64,000 bases of DNA from positions 66,154,001-66,218,000 of the forward strand of contig NC_043008.1 in assembly GCF_006345805.1 (NCBI RefSeq). Reading direction: 5' to 3'. Both the position numbers and the translations under genes were made by a program. Under the pieces are notes generated by a model. That model worked only from the letters and a program-made list of their open reading frames with translations, was not told the DNA's origin and did no database searches. Positions 1 to 14,291 of the stretch are shown in pieces (the stretch's first letter is position 1; each line of letters starts with the position of its first letter). Source of the DNA: Octopus sinensis (taxonomy: Eukaryota).

Positions 1-934
1 CAAGCTTCTTACTAAACAACCACTCCTGCGCCGATATATATATTTCAAATGAAATATGTTTTCACATTTACTTAATCCTGTGTCATGGAATATACTTGAA
101 TTAGATATGTGTCGTATACATTATTAAATTATGAAATCTACTGTAGCGTAAGCCATAACTTGAACTATAGTTCTCAGAGTTTCCCAGCTGAGAAGCATGA
201 TCCACACAATCATCATAAAAGGAACAGTGTCACCATTAAGGGCTTTAAAGCCTACGCGAATATGGCTCGACCAGTCAGCATTGGTTAACTTATGTTTGAT
301 ACAGCAAACTTCGAAAGAAGTGTCTGAGTTTTCCTGCCAAATATTTTTTACCGAGGGTTATGGAATATGTGGCTTACAGTTATAAAAATCTGGCAAATTC
401 AACCTCGGACCAGAGCTATTCATGACTCTATGTTTTGCTAAGTAAGTTGGTTTCACTTTATTCTCTCTCTTTCTCTCTCACTCTCTCTCCCTCTCTCTCT
501 CCCTCTCTCTTTCTCTCTCTCCCTCTCTCTCCCTCTCTTTTTTTTCTTATTTCACATGCTTATGTCATATTCGACAAACTGCACTAACCTTAAGTTATAG
601 CGCCGAATAAAGCACACAGATTATATGTAGTGATTTAAATTTCTCCTTCAACGGCGATGCATTACTTTCATAATATTACAGAAAATTCTTAACTACTTCG
701 TTATCTCATGAAAGTTGTTCCACTAATTTAATCATATGTTCACACATATATATAAACGATGCGGTCTAATAAAGATCTTGATGGGTATTGCGAAAGTCTT
801 TGTAGTAGGATGCCTGGGAAAATACTCCGGCAATACCCCTTAAATATTTTAACAATCCAACAAATTAAAATGGTCACTTTTGAGTGCTTCTTTAGCATGC
901 AGTCTATATGGCCATTTACACTTTAGCGTGCAAT

Positions 935-1418
935 CTAACCCTAACCCTAAACGCCAAACTTTAACCCTAAACGCCAACCCCTAACCCTAAACGCTAAACC
1001 CTAACCCTAAACGCCAAACTCTAATCCTAAAAGCTGAATCTTAACCGTAAACGCCAAACCCTAACCCTAAACGTCAAACCCTAACCCTAAACGCCAACCC
1101 CTAACCCTAAACGCCGACCCTAATCCTAAACACCAAACCCTAATCCTAAAAGCCAAACCATAACCCTAAACGCTAAACCCTAACCCTAAACGCCAAACTC
1201 TAATCCTAAAAGCCAAACCCTAACCGTAAACGCGAAACCTTAACCCTAAACGTCAACCCTACCCTAAACGCCAACCCCTAACTCTAAACGCCAAACCCTA
1301 ACCCTAAACGCCAAACCCTAACTCTAAACGCCAAATGCGGACCCTAAACGCCAACCCCTAACCCTAAACGCTAACCCTAACACTAAACCCTAACCCTAAA
1401 CCCCAACCCTAATCCAAA
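935..1418. repeat. Interstitial telomere-like minisatellite, ~20-bp unit AAACCCTAACCCTAAACGCC
   Basis: About 24 degenerate units, each two CCCTAA hexamers plus an ACGCCAAA-like spacer. Confidence 0.9.
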
Positions 1419-1961
1419 CATAGATGAGGTCATTTCACGGTGTAGTCAACTGATGCTGCGGTAGACCTTACGCTAAAGTAGAACTCATTCTTGTCTTTAC
1501 ATGCAGCCCATCTAATATTGTGAGCTACCAACCAAGATATATGACTAATCGCCATACTAAAATACTATTAATATTGAAGTTGGCATCCTGAACATAATGC
1601 ATTAGACATCGTGGAAGACAACATCATTTCTTGCAGCAAAGATAAATTTTCAAGAGAAATTCAATAGCATTCCATTAAACCGAATGTGCTTTCATTAAGA
1701 AGAATTCTCGGATTGCTAGTGCTTGAAGCAATTCTTTCACAAAATTACTTCTGAAAACTATAGTTGCCATACTATACATAGATAATTTGTCAAATAGATT
1801 TATAATAGTAAATACTTCCCAGCTGTTGCGTTTTGGTGTTTTCTCTCTTCCTTTCGTCTCCTCTCTCTCATACGTATAATACATATATATAATATATATA
1901 CAACATATATATAATATATAATATTACATAATATTATATAATATATAATATTATATAACGT

Positions 1962-2251
1962 CGCCTTTTTCAAGCCTAGCCAGGCTCATGGGCCCGGTTT
2001 CCCGGTTTCTGTGACGTACGTGCCCCCCCCCCCCCCTGGACAGGATGCCAGTCCATCTCAGCGTTACTCAAGAAAGAGGAAGAGAGAGTGAGAGAAAGTT
2101 GTGGCGAAAATGTACAACAGGGGTCGCCACCGGAGTCTCGTGGAGCTTTTAGGTGTTTTCGCTCAATAAACACACACAACGGTCTGGGAATCGAAACCAC
2201 GATCCTCCGACCGCGAGTCCGCTGCCCTAACCACTGGCCATTGCGCTCCAC
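1962..2251 (-). mobile_element. tRNA-derived SINE family B, tail type 1
   Basis: Minus-strand head GGAGCGCAATGGCCAGTGGTTAGGGCAGCGGACTCGCGG with A/B boxes; tail GATGGACTGGC...AGAAACCGGG. Confidence 0.85.
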
Positions 2252-2303
2252 ATAATATTATATAAATAGCTATATATATATATATATAATATATTATACA
2301 TAG

Positions 2304-2373
<70 letters not shown>

Positions 2374-2393
2374 TATATATATATACACACATA

Positions 2394-2601
2394 CTCTTTT
2401 ACTTGTTTCAGTCATTTGACTGCGGCCATGCTGGAGCACCGCCTTTAGTCGAGCACGTCTCCCCCAGAACTTATTCTTTGTAAGCCTAGTACTTATTCTA
2501 TCGGTCTCTTTTTGCCGAACCGTTATGTTACGGGACGCAAACACACCAGCATCGGTTATCAAGCGATGCCGGGGGGATAAAGACAGAACAAACACACACA
2601 C

Positions 2602-2646
<45 letters not shown>

Positions 2647-2810
2647 TACGACAGGCTTCTTTCAGTTTCCGTCTACCAAATCCACTCACAAGGCTTTGGT
2701 CGGCCCGGGGCTATAGCAGAAGACACTTGCCCAAGATGCCACGCAGTGGGACTGAACCCAGAACCATGTGGTTGGTAAGCAAACTACCTACCACACAGCC
2801 ACTCCTGCGC
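2394..2810 (-). mobile_element. tRNA-derived CORE-like SINE family A (octopus OR-type)
   Basis: Head GCAGGAGTGGCTGTGTGGTAG, B box GGTTCAGTCCC, CORE-like CTTGGGCAAGTGTCTT, internal (TA)n; about 15 related copies in window. Confidence 0.9.
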
Positions 2811-2842
<32 letters not shown>

Positions 2843-3056
2843 ATATATAGGTTTGAAATTTTGGCACAAGGCCAGCAATTATGGGGGCGGGCATAAGTCG
2901 ATTGCATCGAGCCCAGTGCTCAGCTGGTACTTGTTTAATCGAACCCGCAGGAATGAAACAAAGTTCACCTCGACGGAAGTTGAACTCAGACCGTAGAGAT
3001 GGACGAAATGCCGCTAAGCATTCTCCCCGACGCAGTAACGATTCCGCCCATCTCAC
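2843..3056 (-). mobile_element. SINE family D (Meta/MESC-like domain)
   Basis: Matches copies at 8515-8735 and 23455-23688; head GGCGGAATCGTTA, domain like TTTCATCCTTTCGGGGTCGATAAA. Confidence 0.75.
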
Positions 3057-3379
3057 TATTTAATAATATATATATACATACATAATACGTGTGTATGTGT
3101 GTATGTGTATGTGTGTATGTGTGTTTGTGTATAGAAACCGAATTTCTTACAACTCGAGTTTCATGTCACACCGACCGTCAGATGATACACACACACACAC
3201 ATACACACACATATACACATATGCATACATACATACATACACACATACATACATACATGTGTGTATGTATGTATTTGTGTGTACGTATACATTTATACAT
3301 ATAATACACACACACACATATAGAGAAAGACAAAGAAATAGATACATAGATACAGTATACAATGTATATATGCAGAAAC

Positions 3380-3412
<33 letters not shown>

Positions 3413-3628
3413 TGTATGTATGTATGTCTGTATCGGGATATTTCATACTCTACCATAACGAATGGGCGTTGTAAATTATAACCTCCTTACAAACGCAATG
3501 TCTATTTCACAAGACTAAATTTATACACACAAAGCGAATAAACGAACTGAACTATATTATTTAATTCTCCATCATTTTTCGTTGGTACTTAAACTTCTCC
3601 ACCTCCTGAGGAGTATCATATACTGTAT

Positions 3629-3662
<34 letters not shown>

Positions 3663-4104
3663 TTGTATGCTGTTAAAGACTCATATTGTCGTTGAATGCT
3701 CGAAATGAGGAGTAGGTAGACAGTAGACAACTGATGAAGGGTCCTTTCTCTGTGTTTACTCTTCTTGTTTTCCATTTTTTCCTCGTTATTTACATATTTA
3801 ACTCGTTTGCTTACGTAGTTCATGTTATTTGCACAGTTGCTGACGTCCTGTACCCATATTTGCATGTATGTATATATAGATATATATATTTATAATAAGA
3901 TTAGCTCGTGTACGAGTGGGTATATATTTGTAGAAAATGAAGTTTGAAAATGCTGCTATATTAGACAAATTTTAATTTTTATATATACATTATTTATTTA
4001 ACATGTTTCGGTTCTTGAAATGACGAACCTTATCAAAAAAAATTATATATAAAATTATATATAAATATATATATATATAGTGAGAGAGAGACATAGATAG
4101 ATAA

Positions 4105-4218
<114 letters not shown>

Positions 4219-4439
4219 GCATTTATTATGTTTTTAACTAATACACACACATATTCACACGCATACATGCATATGAATATATGTATGCACACAATATTTG
4301 TATATGTGCACTAACTTCATCACACGCACTCACACGCACACACAGGCATACACATATTCATATTTTCATATACATATATACACACGCATACATTTGCACA
4401 TATATAAATAAATAAATTGATACATGCATACAAAAAGAA

Positions 4440-5225
4440 TGGACCGATTCACTGAAAAGGATAAACATGGCTTCCTGAAAGGAAAAAACACAGACCAGAG
4501 AGGGGTTAAACCATGCTAAAATCCTAAGATGGAGTTCTCACAAGTTCATAACATCCCACTTTGAAGGATATCTCTATACAATTCAGAAACAAGAAAGAAA
4601 TATCCACCACGTACGTATTGCACAAAAGCGGAAGGCCATTGGTTGGCAATAAATGTAGGCTGTTCAAAACAAAGGATGAAGATGTTAATCACATTATCAA
4701 CCATAGTGAAAGACTATCTTCTCGTCACTACCTCCCCATGAGACATGAGAAGTAGTTATCTTGACCAATATCCATTGCGAAAGACGAAAATAAAATCAAA
4801 CGGGGAGGAATATGTTGAGACTGATGGCTCAAAAGAATACTGCTGGATCCAAAACATATACACTACCACTAATTTAAAACACAATAAGCCCGATATTGTT
4901 GTTTGGGATCACACGTTAAAATCATGCTCTGTCGTAGAAATCAACTGCCCATTTAATATCAATGTGGTAAGAAAACTACAAGAGAAGGAGGATACCAACG
5001 AGGTATTGATGAAAAGTTTGGAGATTAATTATCCAAGATACGCATTCAGCTTCATGTCCTTTATCGTTGGAGCTAAAAGTTATGTATGTACCAACCCACG
5101 TGGATCAAAGTATAACTGAACTTCGATTTATGGAGAAAGAACGTTACTCTTCCATTCATAAGTTACAAGTGGCCGCGATATCTGGAACCATTAAAATTTA
5201 TAGTGTTCTTATGATTCTAAGAATG
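4440..5225 (+). mobile_element. Decayed non-LTR retrotransposon C-terminus with restriction-like endonuclease (R4/NeSL/HERO group)
   Basis: Frameshifted ORFs 4561-5119 give a degenerate knuckle (CRLF...HII...RH), KHNKPDIVVWD..EINCP, EK, IVGA and LQVAAISGTIKI. Confidence 0.8.
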
Positions 5226-5737
5226 AACTCGTACAAAAAGGACGATGACAATTTCCTTTGCTTTAAAACCTTGCCAACGGGGAGGTGGCCAATTAAAAAT
5301 AAACTAAAAAGTGAGAGAAAGAATAAACATACATACATACATGCATGCAATACACATACATACATACATTCACACACACAAACATAGAAACTTATCTACG
5401 TTCATACAGTATTTTTGTATATCTATTCACTTGATATCGTATACACATAGATCATATTTGCCAGACTTCTCGAAAGATCTCAGAGACTCTATCTGCATAA
5501 AAAATGATTGCCAAGTAAGTTTTTAATATATTTTATTTTTTAGGGACAAAAATAGAAACATGTCTTAGATAACACTACAATAAAAAAAACTGAAAAAAAA
5601 ACGATATCATCGAAGTATGAATGTTAATCGTTTTCTGACATTTAAGGACATACTGTTATTCTGGTATTCTTAATGAAAACTTCTCAATATTTGACGTGTG
5701 TATTTATGCTTGCATACATCAAGGATATATGTATATA

Positions 5738-5818
<81 letters not shown>

Positions 5819-5820
5819 TG

Positions 5821-5868
<48 letters not shown>

Positions 5869-5889
5869 TATATATATATATATATATGT

Positions 5890-5920
<31 letters not shown>

Positions 5921-5930
5921 ATCTGTGTGC

Positions 5931-5966
<36 letters not shown>

Positions 5967-6085
5967 CGGGTTCAGTCCCACTGCGTAGCACCTTGGGCAA
6001 GTGTCTTCTACTACAGCCTTGGTCCGACTAAATGTGAATGGATTTGGTAGACGGAAACTGAAAGAAGCCCGTCGTATTTATATAT

Positions 6086-6124
<39 letters not shown>

Positions 6125-6162
6125 TGTGTGTGTGCGTGTGCGTGTGTGTGAGTGTGTGTCAA

Positions 6163-6362
6163 GGCTGCTTTTGGTTTCATGTTAAGAAAAATATCTTAAT
6201 ATCTTAACAATTTTTCAAGCCGATGATATGGAGGAATCGTGCTCGTCTCAATTTTCGTGTTTTCCGCTAAAATGGAGATGAACACCATTCCTCCATGTGA
6301 TCGGCTTAAAAATTGTTAAAATATTAAGATATATTTTTCTTAACATGAAACCTATAGTAGCC
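6163..6362. mobile_element. Fold-back MITE, Kolobok-like
   Basis: ~95-bp terminal inverted repeats (TIRs) starting GGCT; flanks TCAA (6159-6162) and TTAA (6363-6366), consistent with a TTAA TSD. Confidence 0.65.
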
Positions 6363-6494
6363 TTAATACACAAATAAAGAAATTATATCCACCAATGTGG
6401 TGTTGCGCACTCATTCCCGTCATTCGACATTTACGTATAGACAGACAGACAGGCAGGCAGGCAGACAGACAGACAGACTGAGAGACAGACAGAC

Positions 6495-6598
<104 letters not shown>

Positions 6599-6890
6599 TA
6601 ATCACCTCTGTCTGACGCTTCAAGGACACCTTGACTGACGCTCACAGATCATTTCTGAATATGATTGGTCCCCGTACTCATGACTGCTTCTCGGTTTTTA
6701 ACCTCCAAGAAAATTCCCCGAATCACACCTTAATTAAAACATCGATCTAGCTTTTGAATCAACTGTAAACGCGTCAGTTTTCTTCTCTTGATGTCAACTT
6801 ACAACACCAACCACAGACCGGTTTCGTTCAAGCATGCTCCCGTTACTACTTCACCAGAATTATGTCGACCACTTTGATTTCACTGTCATA

Positions 6891-7278
6891 GTGGAAGCAC
6901 TCCGTCGGTTACGACGACGAGGGTTCCGGTTGATCCGAATCAACGGAACAGCCTGCTCGTGAAATTAACGTGTAAGTGGCTGAGCACTCCACAGACACGT
7001 GTACCCTTAACGTAGTTCTCGGGGATATTCAGCGTGACACAGAGAGTGACAAGGCCGGCCCTTTGAAATACAGGTACAACAGAAACAGGAAGTAAGAGTG
7101 AGAGAGAAAGTTGTGGTGAAAGAGTACAGCAGGGATCACCACCATCCCCTGCCGGAGCCTCGTGGAACTTTTAGGTGTTTTCGCTCAATAAACACTCACA
7201 ACGCCCGGTCTGAGAATCGAAACCGTGATCCTATGACCGCGAGTCCGCTGCCCTAACCACTGGGTCATTGCGCCTCCA
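6891..7278 (-). mobile_element. SINE family B, tail type 2
   Basis: Same head as 1962-2251; tail nearly identical to the copy at 57232-57618. Confidence 0.9.
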
Positions 7279-7774
7279 TGGCTGACACTAACAGTAACAC
7301 TAACTGACAGTAACCTCATCCGCTATGAGGACTTGTCTCGCTCAGCTCATTAAAAGATTCCAGCTTCTGATGTCGAACTTGTCTTTCTGAAGATTAGGTG
7401 GCTATATTGGTGGCTATATTGGTGGCTATATTGAGGATAATTCAGACAGCTCTAAACTGATGAAAGTTCCACAGAAAGAAGGTTTAGTAATAACAGTCTC
7501 TCCGATGATCGTATGCAGTAGAGTTAATCGTGGTTGAATATGATGGAAATCGTACAAATTCTTACATCTCCAACTAGACTTGCGGCAACAAGCGTCAGTA
7601 TAAACATCCGTATTCAACGTCTTTTATTGGTAACTTTTTACGAAGAGAGCAGCAGATTGTAGCAGGCAAAACGCACACATCTTGGTTGGAATCGCTGAGA
7701 AGACGCTTGCTACTGTCTACTCCATACTGGAATACGATAATACAGCAGCTCAGTCCTTTCGCCTAACATAGTCA

Positions 7775-7813
7775 TCTATATATATAAAGCTGAAGTTGTC
7801 TGTGTGTGGCAGG
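7775..7813 (+). mobile_element. Helitron-like 5' end running into assembly gap
   Basis: A|TCTATATATATAAAGCTGAAGTTGT resembles the 5' end of the Helitron at 38041-38433. Confidence 0.5.
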
Positions 7814-7913
7814 NNNNNNNNNNNNNNNNNNNNNNNNNNNNNNNNNNNNNNNNNNNNNNNNNNNNNNNNNNNNNNNNNNNNNNNNNNNNNNNNNNNNNNN
7901 NNNNNNNNNNNNN
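7814..7913. other. Assembly gap (100 N)
   Basis: Run of N. Confidence 1.
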
Positions 7914-7914
7914 T

Positions 7915-9080
7915 CTGCTATAGTTTTACAGCAAACAGGGGTTCATTATTGCATAAGATTCTTTTGCATTATCAATATAACTGGTGGCTTTTGTATAACT
8001 ACATGCATATATAATAAAACCATCATAAACAGTAATGGTTCCTAAAACAGTCCCTTATGGGACGCCACTCAAAATTAGCATTTCCTTTGAGAGAGACGGC
8101 TGGTTGTGACTCTTATTTCTGTCTCTAAAAAATTCATGCAATCACTCTCTAGATTTCCCAACTATACTGTGTCAAGCCGTTTGTGACACACCATTCGTTG
8201 ATCGAGTTTATCAAAGACATTCACAAAGATGAGAAACGTATCATGCTCTATTGATTGAGCAGCTGTTTCAGCACCCAATTATATTGGCTTCAAAATTGGA
8301 ACAAAGCCAGCACTTTGGGGGGAAGGGGCTAAGTCAATTAAATCGATCTCACCGCTCAACAAATAGTTATTTTATTGGCCCAAAAATGATGGAAGGTAAA
8401 TTCAACATCAGTGGATCAAGAACTCAGAACGTAGAGACAGATGAAATACCCCTAAGAATATTGCCCGGCGTGCTAACGAGTCTGCCAGCTCACCGCCTTA
8501 GCACTCAGTTATATCTATTTTTTTATTACCCACAAGGGGCTAAACATAGAGGGGACAAACAAGGACAGACATAGGTATTAAGTCGATTACATCGATCCCA
8601 GTGCGTAACTGGTACTTAATTTATCGACCCCGAAAGGATGAAAGGCAAAGTCGACCTCGGCGGAATTTGAACTCACAACGTTGCGACAGACCGCTAAGCA
8701 TTTCGCCCGGCGCGCTAACGTTTCTGCCAGCTCACTGCAGTAATTGTATAAGGCAGCTTCTTCCTGGACTAAAACCATGCCGGGTGTTTGTCGACAAGTC
8801 GGTTCTTTTAAGAAAATGATCAGTTTTCTTCTGATAATTCCGTCCACGAATTCGCTGATATGTGAAGTTTGAGAAATAGTCCTGTAATTTTGCAGCATCT
8901 ACTCTGCTTCCACCTATAGGGTATATCACACCTTCCTTCAAATTTTTCAGTGATGTCTCACTTTCCAGGATACATTGAAAGAATATCTGGAGTGGCATAC
9001 CTAGAGCTTGTTTACATGTTTTTAGGAGGATTGTAGGGAATCTATCAGGGTCTGTTGCAGTATTTAAGCTCATTTCATTT
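7915..9080 (-). mobile_element. Decayed CR1/L2-type LINE reverse transcriptase, split by two family D SINEs
   Basis: DPDRFPTILLKTC..PL, HGFSPGRSCLIQLL (8735-9073), then FDKLD, SGVP*GTVLG and YIDN in place of YADD (7915-8280). Confidence 0.85.
8283..8735 (-). mobile_element. Two adjacent family D SINEs (8283-8495 old, 8515-8735 younger)
   Basis: CCTTTCATCCTTTCGGGGTCGATAAATTAAGTACCAG domain; two different 3' tails. Confidence 0.85.
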
Positions 9081-9325
9081 ACATCTGATATTACATCTAT
9101 CTTTTATTACGTCGATGTAATTGGGGATTTCATGTATGTATGCATACACATACATACACGCATGTAGATTTACAAACACTTTCACACCTGTATGTATGTA
9201 TGTATGTATGTATGTATGTATGTATGTATGTATGTATGTATGTTATGTACATACTGACACACATCGCATGTATATCTGCAAAATGAAACAAGAAATTTCG
9301 AAAAAAAATTGTGATGAGTCACTAT

Positions 9326-9733
9326 AGGTGCAGGTGTGGCTGTGTGGTAAGAAGTTTGCTTCCCAACCACATGGTTCCGGGTTCAGCTCCACTGCGTGGC
9401 ACCTTGGGTAAGTGTTTTCTTCTATAGCTTCGGGCCGACCAAAGACTTGAGAGTGGATTTGGTAGACAGAAACTGAAAGAAGCCCCTTGTATATATGTAT
9501 ATATATGTATGTTTGCTTGTTATTTGTGTCTGTGTTTGTCCCCCCCCACCATCGCTTGACAATCGATGTTGGTTTGTTTACGTCCCCATCACTTAGAAGT
9601 TCGGCAAAAGAGACCGATAGAATAAGTACTAGGCTTACAAAGAATAGGTCCTGCGGTTGATTCGTTCGACTAAAGGTGGTGCTCCAGCATGGCCGTAGTC
9701 AAATGACTAAAACAAGAAAATAATAAAAGAATG
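9326..9733 (+). mobile_element. SINE family A
   Basis: Full head, CORE-like segment and tail GGTGCTCCAGCATGGCC. Confidence 0.9.
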
Positions 9734-9802
9734 AATGTATACGTGCTTGCTATCCATTTTCATTTTTTTTGTTTTTTGTTTTTAATTAAATTCCGATTAA
9801 AT

Positions 9803-10215
9803 CGTAGGAGTGGCTGTATGGTAAGTGGCTTGCTTACGAACCACATGGTTCCGAGTTCAGTCCCACTACGTGGAACTTTGGGCAAGTGTCTTCTACTATA
9901 GCCTCGGGCCGATCAAAGCTTTGTGAGTGGATTTGGTAGACGAAAACTGAAAGAAGCCCGTCATATATATGTAAATATATGTGTGTGTGTGTGTGTCTGT
10001 GTGTCTGTCTGTCTGTCTGTTTCTCCCCCAACATCGATTGACAACCGATGCTGGTGTGTTTACGTCCCCGTAACTTAGCGGTGCTGCAAAAGTGACCGAT
10101 AGAATAAGTACTAGGCTTACAAAGAATAAGTCCTGGGGTCGATTTCCTCGACTAAAGGCAGTGCTCCAGCATGGCCACAGTCAAATGACTGAAACAAGTA
10201 AAAGAGTAAAAGAAT
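9803..10215 (+). mobile_element. SINE family A (followed by an inverted partial copy at 10233-10363)
   Basis: Same consensus as 2394-2810. Confidence 0.9.
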
Positions 10216-10618
10216 AATATACACACACACATATACGACGGAATTCTTTCAGTTTCCATCTACCAAATCCACACCCTAAGCTTTGGTTGGCCCGAGGCTA
10301 TGGTAGAAGACACTTGCCGAAGGTACCACGCAGTGAAACTGAACCCGGAAACATGTGGTTCCGCAGGTTTCTGTTGGTGGATTTAAGGTTGTCTTTTGAA
10401 AAATTGTGCACTTTCATTGAGGTTCTACAAGCTGACCATAACAAATCTTTGGAAATCTTATTTCTTTAGATGGCGTGTTGACAGAATCGTTAGTGCGTCG
10501 GACAAAATGCATGGCGGCATACAAACATACAACCAAACATGATGTACACAGACATGCACACATACATCCGCACATACATAGGTTTTGTTGTTGTTGCTGT
10601 TTGTTCTTTCTCGATCCA

Positions 10619-10897
10619 CGCGTGGCTCATAAGGGCCGGTCTCCCGGTTTCCTTGGCGTATAGGTTCCCCACCTTGACGCGACGCCGGTCCGTCGTAGGT
10701 GAGCTGCAAGATGCAGGAGGAAAGAGTGAGAGAAAGTTTTGGCGAAAGAGTCAGCAGAAGTTCGCCATTACTTTCTGCCGGGGCCGCGTGGAGCTTAGGT
10801 GTTTCGCTCATAAACACACATATTGCCCGGTCTGAGATTCGAACCCGAGATCCCTCGACCGCGAGTCCGCTACTCTAACCACTAGGCCATGTACCTT
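10619..10897 (-). mobile_element. SINE family B variant, tail type 1
   Basis: Head TGGCCTAGTGGTTAGAGTAGCGGACTCGCGGTC; GAGAAAGTTTTGGCGAAAGAGT domain. Confidence 0.8.
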
Positions 10898-11234
10898 CAC
10901 ACATACATAGGTACATATATCAACACTCGTACATATGCACATGTATAAATACATTATAAATGTGTACATGTGTATTGTGGGGGGGGGGTTATTGTGTGTG
11001 TGTGTGTGTGTGTGAACAGTATGCATGTACGTGTGTTGTATGTGTACCTGCACATATGCAAACATAGATACTTGCACACATACACATACACAGACCCATG
11101 TATGTGAACACATACATATACATATGCATATACATATACATACATGCTTACATACATGTATATATACCACATAACCACGCTTTATTGGACCATTTTTAAA
11201 GGAAAAGTTTACAAGAAAAACTGTAAATATGTAA

Positions 11235-11440
11235 TATTTGGTTTCAAATTTTAGCACTAGGCCAGCATTTTGTGGGAAGGGTAGGTCAATCACAGCGACC
11301 TCAGTGCTCAATTGGTACTTATTTTATTGAACCCGAAATGATGAAATGCAAAGTCGACTTTTTAACTCACAACATAAAGACGAACAAAATGCCGCTAAGC
11401 ATTCAGTCCGGCGTACTAACAATTCTGTCAACTCGCTGTC
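11235..11440 (-). mobile_element. SINE family D
   Basis: Degenerate head, Meta-like domain and GGCCTAGTGCTAAAATTTGAAACC tail. Confidence 0.7.
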
Positions 11441-11734
11441 TAAAGAAATATGTTAAAATGTCTAAAGATTTGTGATGGTTAGCTTGTAGAACTTTGATAA
11501 AAGTGCACCGTTTTTCAAAAGACAACCATCATTCCATCAACAGAAACTTGCCTAAAGGTATAAAGTATTCATATTTAAACATTAATATCACAGACATACA
11601 CACACATACGTACACATACATAAATACATACATACAAACATACATGATACATACATACATGCACACATACATTGGCACATACATTGGTACATACACATAT
11701 ATAGACACTCGTACATATGCATAAACACATTATA

Positions 11735-13007
11735 TTGGGTTGTCCGGAAAGTTCGTGCCGATTTATAGTAGCTTACCTTTCGACTTATTTTAGAACATGG
11801 TTGAGTCCATGAAATAGAATTTGATTACACCTCCATTTAGAGCACAGTTTAAGCTATCTTTTCGTGGAAGAAGGTTTATGTTCCTATAACCTGTGTTAAT
11901 TCTATAACCCTTTAAAATAGAAGATGAGAAAGTTCATTTTCGGCACTTAATGCTTTTCTTCTTCCATAAAGACAAAAATGCCTCACAAGCAACCAAAGAA
12001 ATATGCGCTGTCTACGGTGATGTTTCTTTATCCGAAAGAAATGTACGGAAGTGGTTCGCAAGGTTCCGAGCTGGAGATTGTAGCCTTATTGATAAAGAGC
12101 GATCAGGCAGACCATCCACTACAGATGATGACCAAATCAAGTCATTAATTGAGAATAACCCACATTGCACAACCCGAGAATTGGCAGAAAGCTTCAACTT
12201 ATCAAAATCCGTCGTTCATGAGCACCTGGAAAAGCTTGGGTACACAAATCGTTACGATGTTTGGGTACCACATGAGTTGAGGGAGAAGAATCTTTTGGAT
12301 CGCATTTCCATCTGTGATTCGCGTTATAAACGGAATAAAAACGCGCCTTTTTTAAAGCAAATTGTGATGAGAAATGGATTATCTACCGAAATGTTCAGAG
12401 AAAGTAATCATGGACTAAGCGACATGAGCCACCCTTAGCCACCCCAAGAGCGGGTCTTCACCCTAAAAAAGTCTTGCTTTGTGTCTGGTGGGATTGGAAA
12501 GGAATTCTGTGCTATGAGCTTCTCCCATGTAACCAGACAATTCTGAGAAATACTGCACACAACTGGACGAGTTAAGAGCAGCAATTCAAGAGAAACGTCC
12601 AGAATTGTCCAACAGGAAGGGTGTTGCTTTCCAACGTGATAATGCAAGACCGCACGTCTCTTTGGAAACCAGACAAAAATTGCTGCAGCTCGGCTGGGAT
12701 GTGTTACTCCACCCTCCATATTCAACAGATATTGCTCCTTCGGATTTTCACTTATTCAGATCTCTGCAGAATAGTCTTAATGGTAAAACTTTCAATTCCT
12801 TGGGTGACGGAAAAAGATACCTTGGTGAATTCTTTGCCATGAAACCACCTCATTTCTGTGAAGAGTGTATTTTCAAGTTAAAAGAAAGGTGGAGACGCAT
12901 TCTGCAACAAAATGGTTCATATTTGGTTGATTAAGAATGTAATGGCAATTATTTACTGACATTTTTCTTTCCTTTAAAAATCGGCACGAACTTTCCGGAA
13001 AACCCAA
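11735..13007 (+). mobile_element. Full-length inactive mariner (D,D34D), 1273 bp
   Basis: TIR TTGGGTTGTCCGGAAAGTTCGTGCCGATTT at both ends with TA TSD; WVPHEL, QRDNARPH and YSTDIAPSDFHLF motifs across frameshifts; ATG mutated to ATA. Confidence 0.97.
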
Positions 13008-13009
13008 TA

Positions 13010-13560
13010 TATATCTGTACGTGTGTATGGGTGTGTATGGATGTGTATGTGCATGTGTGGTGTGTTTGTGTGTGTGTGATTGTATGTGTGTGATCAAGTA
13101 TGCATGTACGTATGTCTGAATATATGTATGCGTACATGCATATATGCAAACATAGATACTTACACACATGCACATACATACACACTTGTGAACACATGCA
13201 TATATGCATACATACATACGTACATACGTACATAGGCAAGTACATACATAAATACACTCACACATGCATGCATATATACATACGTACATACATACATACA
13301 CACATACATATATATATATATATACATACACACACATACTTACAGATATACATACATATATACATACATACATGCATGCATACATACATACATACATACA
13401 CACATACATATATACACACATACATACATACATACACACACACATACACACATACATACATACATACATACATACATACATACATACATACATACATACA
13501 TACATACACACATACATACATATATGCATACATACATACATACATATATACATACGCAAA
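13010..13560. repeat. Compound (TG)/(TACA)n microsatellite
   Basis: Simple repeats; source of the HT/YI/VCMY pseudo-ORFs. Confidence 0.95.
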
Positions 13561-13910
13561 CACAAATAAACACTTTCCTGTTATATCCCTCTAGAATTCC
13601 AAAACACACTACCCGAATGTCTCTCTGATTTGCGAGCATTCATTATATACATTCCTGAAAATATGTGTACTAAAATACCACTTATGCTTCTACCACTTTG
13701 CCATTTACTGTCTCTGTCATGCGTAGAGGAAATGTGTGTGTATGTGTGTGTGTGTATGTGTGTGTGTGAGTGTTGTGTGTATATACATATATACATATAA
13801 ATATATAAATATACGCAAACATGTCCACACGTATATATATATGTATGTATGTATGTATTATGTACTTACCTCTGTGTGTGTATGTGTACCTCAAACACAC
13901 ACACACGCGC

Positions 13911-13941
<31 letters not shown>

Positions 13942-14258
13942 GACACAAACACACATGCCCCACACACGTCAATGGAAATACTGTAATATTCCAATAATGA
14001 AAGGATGTAATGTTGCCGCAGTAAAAATATATATTTTCTAAGAAAATAGTGAAAGCAGAAATATATCTGTAACGGTATGAATCAAAACGACACCTTAAAT
14101 AAATACACCTGCTAAGGATATCTTAGTTTTGATAACACCCATGTCAGGTCTCTAAGTATCAAGTATTTCGTCTATATTTCTACCTTTCTCTCTCTGTCTT
14201 TGTCACTCCCTCTGTCATTCTCACTGTTTCTTTGTCTCTTATTCTCTCTCCCTCTTTC

Positions 14259-14291
<33 letters not shown>

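Noticed and set aside
130-400. ORFs on both strands near the window start
   Set aside because: Short, no recognisable domain or coherent splice sites.
3697-3750. GAAA...CTGATGAAGGG permuted hammerhead
   Set aside because: No NUH site or convincing stems in this copy.
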